Shown: positions 53,849 through 64,000 of the stretch, in pieces
Numbering within the stretch: position 1 is the first letter of the stretch
How the letters are laid out: the number at the start of each line of letters is the position of its first letter
DNA from: Eledone cirrhosa
Lineage: Eukaryota
DNA: 64,000 nt
NCBI GenBank assembly: GCA_964016885.1
Contig: OZ024761.1
Location: forward strand, 3,658,001-3,722,000
Direction: 5' to 3'
Notes under the pieces: generated by a model
Seen by the model: the letters and a program-made list of their open reading frames with translations, nothing else
What the model was told of the DNA's origin: nothing
Databases searched by the model: none
Position numbers and translations under genes: made by a program

Positions 53849-55655
53849 ATGGAATTAAATAAGTAAATAAATAAAATTAGATAACATGAAATGAAATAAA
53901 ATAAAATAAAATGAAATAAAGTAAATTGAGATAAGATATATATTTTTTTAGAATATATCTCTTGAATATATCAGGGGCCCACGAAGGCACTAAGTGTCAC
54001 AGTTATGTGTATCACTTGACCATTTTTTAAAAATATATTTCTTGAAAATATCAGGGGCCCACGAAGGCACTAAGTGTCACAGTCACCAGTATCACTTGAC
54101 CATTGCAAGGCAATGGAGGCGTCCCAGGTTGGGCAGTCTCAAAAGTTCACTCGAAAGTCGCGGGTGTGCATTCACACAGTTGAGCGGTGGGGTAATCACA
54201 AACCGGTTCACACCCGGGCAGGAGTCCAATGGTCAGAGAGAGGTGCATCGAAGGAAGGTAGGAGAATTCACGTGCATTAGCAAGCGAAGTGCAGGCGGGT
54301 TAGCCAAAGCAAGCAGACACAGTTGGAGCGCATACAAAAGATATATAAAAAGACAGAAGATATATAAAAAATAGCTTCAAGAGCCATGAAGTCACCGCAT
54401 TGGGACATCACAAGATTGTACACATCAATATGTTCAGCACGTATATGCACATATACACACCACATGCATATGCAGAGACGGTATACATATATATATATAT
54501 ATTTTTTTATATACAGACATATACAACCACCTACACCCATACACATATAAATGTATACACGGACACACACGCACACACACACAGCGTAGGACACCCGGGT
54601 CAAAGCTGATATTAAACACCGAAATACCACATTAGGCCAGACCCACCACCACGGATAATACATTCAAAATAAATACATACGATGAGATGTAGTAAAATAA
54701 AGTTGAAATCCTACGGAGATAATCGTGTCCGCACGTGCCATTGCCCGATTCAAGTGTACACAGACCGTTAGTAACTACGGAGGGCTATCGGGGCCAAAAC
54801 GTTACTTTCGGGATCATAACAACGACCGTCAATATATGGAAGGCCGATCGTGCTAGAAAGACTACAACCCCGGGCAAGAGCTCCCAGAAGTCAGCCTGTA
54901 GATCTTAAACCACAGAATATGAGGGCAACACGTACATGCGCCACGTATCCACTGCTTACGGCGGGATGGCACAGGTCCGCCCACAGTTACAGGCTAAATT
55001 TCTATTAGTGCAGCCTAAATCACAGTACACGCTTTACATAAATACATTACATCACAACTCATGCGCATACAGAGGTACAGATCCACAAGATATACGTCAG
55101 GATAGACCCACCAATGCACCAATGGTGGGTAGGCGAGCGTAGATGGGTTACATCCGCTGTGCCAAACAGGGGTGCTTATTAACATACACACCCACTCACC
55201 TGTACACCCCAATATCCAGATCAATATACTCCCACAGGCATACGTATACATTCACCGACTCATATACATAGACGACCAACAATAGGAGACAGTTACACAC
55301 AATCAGAGACAGTTACACAAGACAGCCCAACTGGAGGAATAAGGAAGTGCTAGCTAACAGGTTTAAAGTAGAAGAAAGAGCTTAATATTCGGTGGGGGCA
55401 AGAGGAAAATATTTCAGACTTTCTATTTAGTAGAGGGCATTTAGCAAATATAATAGAGTGGGATTCGGCAAGGCATAGGTTACATACTCTATTATGAGGA
55501 GTATATGGATGGGATTTAGCAACCTGCCGCCAAGTAAGTGTGTAATGTGTTCGCGCATTTTTTAAATTATGGACGTACGCTGCCAAGGAGGTGGAGTTCC
55601 TCAGTTTATTATGTCTAAAAGTGCATTGGTGAGAGTTAAACCTGGTCTTAATATA
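53000..55655 (-). mobile_element. Penelope-like remnant: GIY-YIG C-terminus, long 3' region and terminal HHR
   Basis: YIKTRFNSHQCTFR..STSLAAYV..CNLCLAE..LLNRKSEIFSSCPH (55350-55650); HHR at 53053-53098. Confidence 0.7.
53053..53098 (-). ncRNA. Hammerhead ribozyme at the 3' end of a Penelope remnant
   Basis: Minus strand: tgct-CTGATGA-gtcccac ttata gtgcggat-GAAA-caatg-TT-agca. Confidence 0.72.
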
Positions 55656-55845
55656 TATAGGAAAATGTATGACCCCGGCGGCAGATCTATATATATAGGA
55701 AAATGTATGACCCCGGCGGCAGATCTCAAGCCGTTTCAACAGCTGTTTCTGGACTAAATTATAATTTTTAGCCTGGTAAATAAATAGCCGAACTTTTCAA
55801 TGGGTGCGTTATGGTCCATCTGGTTCCTTACCACAACTCCTTTGT

Positions 55846-55934
<89 letters not shown>

Positions 55935-56302
55935 TAGACAAAGTCATAGATACATATATATGTTTTTGGCAACCATTCACGGTGTGGCTCAATGAAGAAT
56001 TAATTAACTAATTAATAATCAGAGCAATATATAAAAAAGTAAGTCCAAAGAATCATTAGATAAAAAAATATAAACAGTATTTCCTCTCTCAATCAGTATA
56101 AATCAACCATACAAAAATCATTTAAACGAGTCTATAAGTTTAAAATGTACTTATGAAGAAATAATAGACAAATGATATAACTTCTTTTCCGCGACGTACA
56201 GCTACATAATATTTCTATTAGTCTGTAGAAATTGACTAGACATATAGTTAACTACACGTAATTAGGTACAAAATCGAAATAAGAAGAAGAAAATGTACAT
56301 AC

Positions 56303-56402
56303 ACTTTATCAAAATCCTCATAATCTCTACCACCCGGCGGTTTCGTTCCACTTTTTGGATATACCCGGTCTTGGATAAATCCACGAGACTCGGGGAACTC
56401 AT
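56303..56402 (-). CDS. Candidate first coding exon (MSSPSLVDLSKTGYIQKVERNRRVVEIMRILIK) of an unknown gene
   Basis: ATG at 56402, 33 open codons and a GTATGT donor at 56302, in a locally CpG-rich, non-repetitive segment. Confidence 0.3.
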
Positions 56403-57197
56403 CAGGAGATACCTCAACTAGACTAAGATTTTTCTACCATGATCCCCGCCAGAAATGAATTCAAAATGTCTAAAAACCATCCCGTGACCAGTGGTCAAGG
56501 CAGAAAGTTTGTGATTGGTGCCTGTCGGCGAGTTGGCTGGTTGCTAGAAAGCGCAGCCGAATACTGCCTAAAGTTTTACTCAACCTTACGGGAGTATATA
56601 TTAAATTTGTCTATTATTTCTTCATAAGTACATTTTAAACTTATAGCCTCGTTTAAATGATTTTTTGTATGGTTGATTTATACTGATTGGGAGAGGAAAT
56701 ACTGTTTATATTTTATCTAATGGGAAAAGACCTTTGCGGCAGATTCGTTGATAACACAGACACACACACACAGACATACAGACACACACACACAAACATA
56801 CACACACACGCACACACCACACAGACACACATACATACACAGACACACACACACATACAGGCACACACACACGCACACGCACACACACACACACGAAATC
56901 CCACTGAAATGGAGAAGAGTGTTTTATAATATTTTATAAAGATGGAAAAAATTTAAAGCTTTTTGGCAAAAATTTCACATTTTTTTACAAGAATTTCACG
57001 TTTTTTTCAAAAATTTCATGTTTTTTGGTAAATTTATGGAGAAGAATGTGACCAGCCTGGACAGCGATCCGGGGTTCCTGAGAGTGAAGGAGACCCGTAA
57101 ATATATTTATGGCCACCCTGTAAAAAAAATTTCATAAATGAATAAATAAATAATCTGACTTGCCCCTTCCATTATAGTTAGCAAAGATTACTAAAGT

Positions 57198-57825
57198 TAA
57201 GGCGGCGAATTGGCAGAGTCGTTAGGACGTCAGGTAGAATGGCAGAGTCGTTAGGACGTCAGGTAGAATGGCAGAGTCGTTAGGACGTCAGGTAGAATGG
57301 CAGAGTCGTTAGGACGTCAGGTAGAATGGCAGAGTCGTTAGGACGTCAGATAGAATGGCAGAGTCGTTAGGACGTCAGGTAGAATGGCAGAGTCGTTAGG
57401 ACGTCAGGTAGAATGGCAGAGTCGTTAGGACGTCAGATAGAATGGCAGAGTCGTTAGGACGTCAGGTAGAATGGCAGAGTCGTTAGGACGTCAGGTAGAA
57501 TGGCAGAGTCGTTAGGACGTCAGATAGATTGGCAGAGTCGTTAGGACGTCAGGTAGAATGGCAGAGTCGTTAGGACGTCAGGTAGAATGGCAGAGTCGTT
57601 AGGACGTCAGGTAGAATGGCAGAGTCGTTAGGACGTCAGGTAGAATGGCAGAGTCGTTAGGACGTCAGATAGAATGGCAGAGTCGTTAGGACGTCAGGTA
57701 GAATGCTTTAAGGTATTCGTTCCAGCTCTCTGCTCTCTAAGTTCAAATATCGTCGAGGTCAACTTCGTCTTTCACCCTTTAAAGGTCGATAAAAAAAAGT
57801 ACCAGTCAAGTACTGGGGTTGATTC
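57198..57825 (+). mobile_element. tRNA-derived SINE whose A-box region is amplified into a tandem array
   Basis: Head aaggcggcgaattggcagagtcgttag, B box aagttcaaat, body ...gtcgataaaaaaaagtaccagtc. Confidence 0.75.
57212..57704 (+). repeat. Minisatellite, 17 x 29 bp (ggcagagtcgttaggacgtcaggtagaat)
   Basis: Exact 29-bp period, near-identical units, no spacers. Confidence 0.95.
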
Positions 57826-58099
57826 TTCCTCTATATCTCTTTCTCGTTTCCTCTCTCCCACTTTCTATCTTTCTCTGGAAGAAATCCGCTGTACTGCGGC
57901 CTGGAGAGGGATGGGCTCCGTCAGGCTTAACATGCCCAAGAATACGGCGCCCCTACGACTCTATAAGGAATTAAGGGACCTTATCATACAGTAAAGTTAT
58001 ATCTCATCATCTTGACTTTTTAGCCAGATTACTTTATCTATCACCGTTTTAAAACCAATATTGGAGTTCCCTAAAAGGATCTTTAGAGTAACATTACTC

Positions 58100-58530
58100 A
58101 ATAGGGAACGTAACTCTGAGATCAGAGTCACCCCAGGTAGAGCCACTACTTCTCCGAATTGAGAGATCACAGCTCCGATACTATGGACATGTGGTTAGAA
58201 TGTCTCAACAAAGAATCGCTGGACAGGTTTTATGGGCGAAACCAACTGACAGGAGACCCGGGGAGACCCTCGAGTAAGATGGTTGGATAACATCCACGAG
58301 TTTGGCTGGTCTCGTTTGAAGATCCAGCCAGATCAGTTGGAGATGGTTGCTTCTGACAGGACCTGATGGAAGGAGTGTTTGAGGTTTCTGGCCCCACGTC
58401 CTTCTCAGGAATAAATGAAAGAAGAAGAAGAAGAAGAAGAAGAAGAAGAAGAAGAAGAAGAAGAAGAAGAAGAAGAAGAAGAAGAAGAAGAAGAAGAAGA
58501 AGAAGAAGAACAACAACAACAACAACAACA
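58100..58530 (+). mobile_element. 3' end of another RTE-type LINE with (GAA)n/(CAA)n tail
   Basis: IERSQLRYYGHVVRM...RPGRP-like translation followed by (GAA)~30. Confidence 0.65.
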
Positions 58531-59128
58531 AGGAAAGAAAAAAGAAAGAAAAGAACAATGTTATATAGTTGGAAAAATTTCGCTGCTATTTCTAGCAATC
58601 TGGTAAGACTCGTCCCAAAATGCCTGTGACGTTGAGGTACACCCCTTTACCTCGCCGTCAAACTCTATATTTCATCTGAATTAAGTACTACAGTCTTTAT
58701 ATGTTCTTACAATATATCCTAGATGTGAACATTAAAAGATATACATGTAGAGGAATATTTCATTTCCTTTCAGTTGGTTTTATTTAAAATATAATTATTT
58801 TAAAACATAATGTTTGTTTAAATGACTCTCTACAGAAATGAGGATAGAAAAGGTCTTTAAAAGAATTATTTCCTGTAACGGAGCACATGCTGGCTTTTTT
58901 AGCTTCGTAAACCTTACAATTATATATATCTCTTTATATATATATATATATATATATATACATCTGTATCTCTTTATATATATATATATATATTTCCAAC
59001 CCTTTCCCCCTAAAAACATCCCCTTTCTCTTTAGACTTGTATAATATATAAACACATTAAGCTAATTCTGAAAAAAAACGTGGTAATTATAAACTATCAT
59101 ATATAATTATCTACATACTTTTGAGCTT

Positions 59129-59174
<46 letters not shown>

Positions 59175-59964
59175 AAAAGAGTCAGGACCCCGACGGCTGA
59201 CCTCTGGCCTTTTCGACAGCTAGATCCGAACTCTGATATATATTTGCTGTACGGTTCTTATATATTTGATATATATTTATCCTTATCAAGCCCTCTTTGG
59301 ATTTTAGTCTTCAAATTTATTATTATTACTATATATATATATATTATGTGTCTGTCCTAAAACCTTTATCTTGCTAAACAACTTATATTTACATATCAAA
59401 CGGAACTTTTGTAACATTACAATAAATTTATCTTTAGGTAAGTCGAATTATTTAAATATTTATTTGTGAGAAACTTGTTAATTGCGATTAAAATAAATTA
59501 ACGATCTGAGACGTTCCAACATGGCCATCACCTTGTATGTGTTTATATATATTTCCAGACAGTATTTCGAAATAAGTTTTCATATTTATATTCAGAAAGA
59601 ATTGTAAACAGTTTGTAATGTTATTTATCATCATCATCAGGTCGAGCTTGTTCGGCTTTCTACGACACGTTTCCTCCATCATCTCTGTCTCTCATAACGT
59701 TTGCCAGTTTTCCCGCAGCGCATCCAGTATCGTCCTCAAGTTGCTTGACGTATGTCTTCTTGGGACGACCAGCGTTTCTTGCTCCATCAGATGTTATTTA
59801 TACAACTGTGAATAAAACAAATATATATATGTATATATATATATTCCCTTTATACCATGTATATTTATGCGCTAGAAGAAGGTGTTCATGATAGAGATTG
59901 CTAGAACAGAAGTCTAGTAAGACCCCTCCATTTGTATTTAGATCGGGGTCGTCATTCCTTCCAA

Positions 59965-61740
59965 TCACTCCTTACCATCTCAGGTCATCAGTGTCAACAT
60001 GTGTATTGAAGTCTCCCATCAGGTTATATGACTCATTCTTAACTACATCTAACACTACAGTGACTTCATCAAGGAAGGGCCTGTATTCAGACTCCTTGTT
60101 TGGTGTATAATCTTGCACCACCCACAGAGACCTATCTTTCAGTCTAAGCTTCAAGAGGCAAATCCTCCACCCTAAAGGGATCCAGTCCATAACACATTCT
60201 GACAGCCAGGGGCTTGTGAGTATCCCCACTTCCGCCTGTGCAGTCATTTCTGGCGCCACACTTGAATAGTGGAGTTTCTCTCCATCCAAATATACAGTAT
60301 CAGAGTCACGGAACTTTGTTGAGCAAACCCCGACTATATCTACCCTCCTCCACTAATTCCTGCTCCTTACCTGTAAGGGTTGATATATTCCAGGTCCCAA
60401 CTAAGGTTTGCTCCCTTCCAGACCCTATTTGGGGATACGCAAACTTTGTGGGTCCATCCCAGTACAGATCGCAGGCCTATTGCTAGTTTTTGAAGCATGA
60501 GATGGAGACTGCATTATATTTTTCGAACAGGTCTCTCTACCTAAGGTCTGAACATGTCCCTTGTTATCGCGCGCAAAGTACGATGCGGTATGGTTCGTTT
60601 TTGGTTTCCTCCTCACCATATTTTTAGTTTCAGTGGTTTTATTCGCGCCCGTCACCAATCTGGTACATTGTCAAACCCGCGAAGACTAGGCCTTTTTAGA
60701 GGCGGCCTTTACTTGCCTCATCGTAGCTATGGCACTGGGTTGTGAGAGTTTTCTTGGGTCACCCATCGCTCCATCCCCCCCCCCCCTAGTTGTTTACTGT
60801 TGTTGGTACGGTGTTGCTTATTCGTCTGTCAGTTGCTCACCTATATTGTAACTAGCCATCATATCTGGTGGCCATATCACTATCTGCCACCTGCAACCCG
60901 TCCTCTAGCAGGATAGAGATCAATAATTGATTTTGTCTGATCTCTTTGATTCTGTGCTGGATGTTTGTGTTAAGAGAAGGGATGAGCTGTCAACTGATCA
61001 CCATCTGGTTATCTGTAACATGAGACTACCTAAACCCAAAGTAGCCCACAAAACTGGCAGGTCCAGAGTGACCTACAGGATAAAATGGGAAGCATTGGTG
61101 GATAAGGAAGTGAGGACCAGGTATGCAGATACTATTGTATTCAGATTCTGAGAACTCCCTGAGCAAACTGAGGACATTGAGAGCGAGGGGAGTTTGTTCA
61201 GTGCAGCAGTTTCTACTTAAATGCTGCAGGTGAAAGAGGCTTGATGTGGCGCCGGATGGCAGGAAGACCACTTGGTTCAATCAAGAGGTCAATGATAACA
61301 AAGCTTGGCTTGGAAATAAGTCCTTCTTCTTGCACTTGTGGTACAAGCAATCACGAAAAATCGCAGCAGAGACAGTAAAGGCGTCCAAAGTTAAGACATA
61401 GGAGGACTTTGGGGTTAAGCTGGAATCCAACTTCAGATCAACAAATAAAGTGTTCTGGCTGACCATCAACTGACTTCTCTTAATAAGAAGCCCTCCTTCA
61501 CACTTGATATCAAGAATGTGTCTGGGATTTTCTCTTCAGAGAGGGGCATCCTCGTGAGGTGGAGGGAATACTTTGTTCATCTAAATCCGACCACAACAGC
61601 ATCTTCTGATCTACACAAGGTACATCTGAGAGCTGTGACTAATCTCTCAGAGGTTGAGGTCACAGGAGTAGTTAAACAGCTCAAATGTGGAAAAGCCACT
61701 GGAGAAGATGAAATCTGGCCCAAGATGTTAAAAGCCTTAA
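59965..61740. mobile_element. Decayed RTE-type LINE 5' part; endonuclease N-half inverted (minus) relative to the C-half/linker (plus)
   Basis: Minus strand: VGTWNISTL, AEVGIL, MGDFNTHV. Plus strand: LSTDHHLVI, RWREYF, GKATGEDEI. Confidence 0.7.
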
Positions 61741-62165
61741 ATAGTATATATAGAGTAATGTAAATATGTGAGATATTATGTGAGGTAAAGCCTTCACTGT
61801 GAAAATACAATAGTATATATAGAGTAATGTAAATATGTGAGATATTATGTAATGTAAAGCCTTTACTGTGAAAGTACAATAGTATATATAGAGTAATGTA
61901 AATGTTATGTGAGATATTATGTGAGGTAAAGCCTTTACTGTGAAAATACAATAGTATATATAGAGTAATGTAAATATTATGTGAGGTAAAGCCTTTACTG
62001 TGAAAATACAATAGTATATATAGAGTAATGTAAATATTATGTGAGATATTATGTGAGGTAAAGCCTTTACTGTGAAAATACAATAGTATATATAGAGTAA
62101 TGTAAATGTTATGTGAGGTAAAGCCTTTACCGTGAAAATACAATCGTATATATAGAGTAATGTAA
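61738..62165. repeat. Tandem repeat of 60-72-bp units (~6-7 copies) ending in a piggyBac-like terminus
   Basis: Unit aatagtatatatagagtaatgtaaat..atgtgaggtaaagcctttactgtgaaaatac; ends aaagggTTAA. Confidence 0.85.
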
Positions 62166-62199
62166 ATGGTAAAGGGTTAAATCATCATCATCATTATTA

Positions 62200-62231
<32 letters not shown>

Positions 62232-62267
62232 CCTGCAGCTTCTTTCGTATGAAGAACTCTTGAAAAA

Positions 62268-62589
62268 ATGTCACTGAACAAATTTATGCACCCTCGGAAT
62301 CTGTACAAGAAACGGAAACCCAACTTCAAAGAACTAGCGCTGAAATATCCAGAGTTCAGGAACCATTTGGAACAGAATCTTTCTGGTAAATTAGTTCTTG
62401 ATTTCAAGAATCCAGCAGCTCTTCGTTTACTCAGTACAATCCTATTGAAGGAAGACTTTGAATTAGAAGTGGACATCCCTCCCAACCGTTTGGTGCCAAC
62501 CATTCCACTTCGTCTCAATTATATACATTGGATTGAAGATCTCCTCTCTTCTCACCATTCCTCTCATACAGTTCAGGGTATTGATATTG
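62268..62589 (+). CDS. METTL16: First coding exon of RNA m6A methyltransferase METTL16 (U6 snRNA/MAT2A methyltransferase)
   Basis: Translation MSLNKFMHPRNLYK...LVPTIPLRLNYIHWIEDLL...QGIDIG matches the METTL16 N-terminus (MHxRN, PTxPLRLNYIHW, start of the GIDIGTG SAM-binding motif). Acceptor tcctgcag ends at 62238; a phase-1 donor G|GTAAGT lies at 62589/62590. The ORF track reads on into intronic (TG)n. Confidence 0.95.
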
Positions 62590-62599
62590 GTAAGTCTCA

Positions 62600-64000
62600 C
62601 TATATGTCTGTCTGTGTGTGTGTCAGTCTCTGTGTGTCTGTGTGTCTATGTCTGTGTGTGTGTATGTGTGTCTGTGTGTGGGTTGATCTATGTCTGTCTG
62701 TCTGTGTGTTTCTGTCTATATACGTGTCTGTGTGTGTGTGTTTCTGTCTATATGTGTGTCTGTGTGTGTGTGTTTCTGTCTATATGTGTGTCTGTGTGTG
62801 TGTGTAGGTTTCTGTCTATATGTGTGTCTGTGTGTGTGTGTTTCTGTCTATATGTGTGTGTGTAGGTTTCTGTCTATATGTGTGTCTGTGTGTGTGTGTT
62901 TCTGTCTGTATGTGTGTCTGTGTGTGTGTGTTTCTGTCTATATGCGTGTCTGTGTGTGTGTGTTTCTGTCTATATGTGTGTGTGTGTTTCTGTCTATATG
63001 TGTGTCTGTGTGTGTGTGTTTCTGTCTATATGCGTGTCTGTGTGTGTGTGTGTGTGTTTCTGTCTGTATGTGTGTCTGTGTGTGTGTGTTTCTGTCTATA
63101 TGTGTGTCTGTGTGTGTGTAGGTTTCTGTCTATATGTGTGTCTGTGTGTGTGTGTTTCTGTCTATATGTGTGTCTGTGTGTGTGTGTAGGTTTCTGTCTA
63201 TATGTGTGTCTGTGTGTGTGTGTAGGTTTCTGTCTATATGCCTGTGATTGTGTGTCTGTGTGTGTATATGTCTGTGTTTGTGTATGTATATCTGTGTGTT
63301 TGTCTGTGTTTGTGTTTCTGTGTGTGTGCGTGTATGTATGTGTGTGTGTGTTTATGTATATCTGTGTGTGTGTGTGTATGTATTTCTGTGTGTGTGTATG
63401 TATATCTGTGTGTGTGTTTATGTATATTTCTGTATGTGTATGTGAGTGTGTTTATGTATATATCTGTGTGTGTGTGTGTTTATGTATATCTGTGTGTATG
63501 TGTATGTATATCTGTGTGTATGTATATCTGTGTGTATGTATATCTGTGTGTGTGTGTGTGTGTGTATGTATATCTGTGTGTGTTTATGTACATCTGTGTA
63601 TATATGTGTGTGTGTGTGTTTATGTATATATATGTGTGTGTGTGTGTATGTATATCTGTGTGTGTTTCTGTATATCTGTGTGTGTGTTTATGTATATCTG
63701 TTTTTGTGTGTTTATGTATATCTGTGTGTGTGTGTTTATGTATGTGTGTGTGTGTGTCTGTTTATGTATATGTATGTGTGCATGTGTGTGTTTATGTATA
63801 TCTCTGTGTGTGTGTGTGTGTTTATGTATATTTCTGTATGTGTATGTGAGTGTGTTTATGTATATCTGTGTGTGTGTTTATGTATATCTGTGTGTGTGTA
63901 TGTATATCTGTGTGTGTATATATATCTGTGTGTGTATATGTATATCTGTGTGTGTGTGTATGTATATATGTGTATGTGTTTATGTATATATATGCGTGTG
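62600..64000. repeat. TG-rich compound microsatellite/minisatellite in the METTL16 intron
   Basis: Recurring ttctgtctatatgtgtgtctgtgtgtg units, then tatgtatatctgtgtgtg units. Confidence 0.9.

Noticed and set aside
57212-57704. CRISPR-like array of 29-bp repeats
   Set aside because: Units are directly adjacent with no unique spacers, there are no cas genes, the context is eukaryotic, and the unit derives from a SINE head.
58205-58629. Poly-E/R/F/L ORFs
   Set aside because: Translation of the (GAA)n LINE tail.
62590-62807. C-terminal extension of the 179-aa METTL16 ORF
   Set aside because: Intron read-through after the GTAAGT donor into (TG)n.

Overview
AT-rich, repeat-dominated eukaryotic (animal) genomic DNA with a 200-N gap at 28172-28371. 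The SINE, RTE and Penelope repertoire and the very dense (TA)n/(CA)n microsatellites suggest a cephalopod mollusc such as octopus; this is an inference. The only host gene I can name is METTL16, whose first coding exon is at 62268-62589 (+). Candidate minus-strand exons at 14.0-15.8 kb splice in phase into a 61-aa Cys-tailed microprotein. Mobile elements include a decayed Helitron with both termini, a 5'-truncated RTE LINE with an open RT ORF and an embedded PHD finger, two near-full-length Penelope-like elements plus fragments, tRNA-derived SINEs, hAT/piggyBac/Tc1-type MITEs and satellites. The most striking signal is about 20 type-I hammerhead ribozyme (HHR) motifs of roughly 8 sequence families, found by eye on both strands. 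They include a non-coding tandem array of 557-558-bp units with one HHR per unit (37904-39316), which resembles a non-LTR retrozyme or circular-RNA generator. All structures and coordinates were read by eye; no database searches or folding programs were run.
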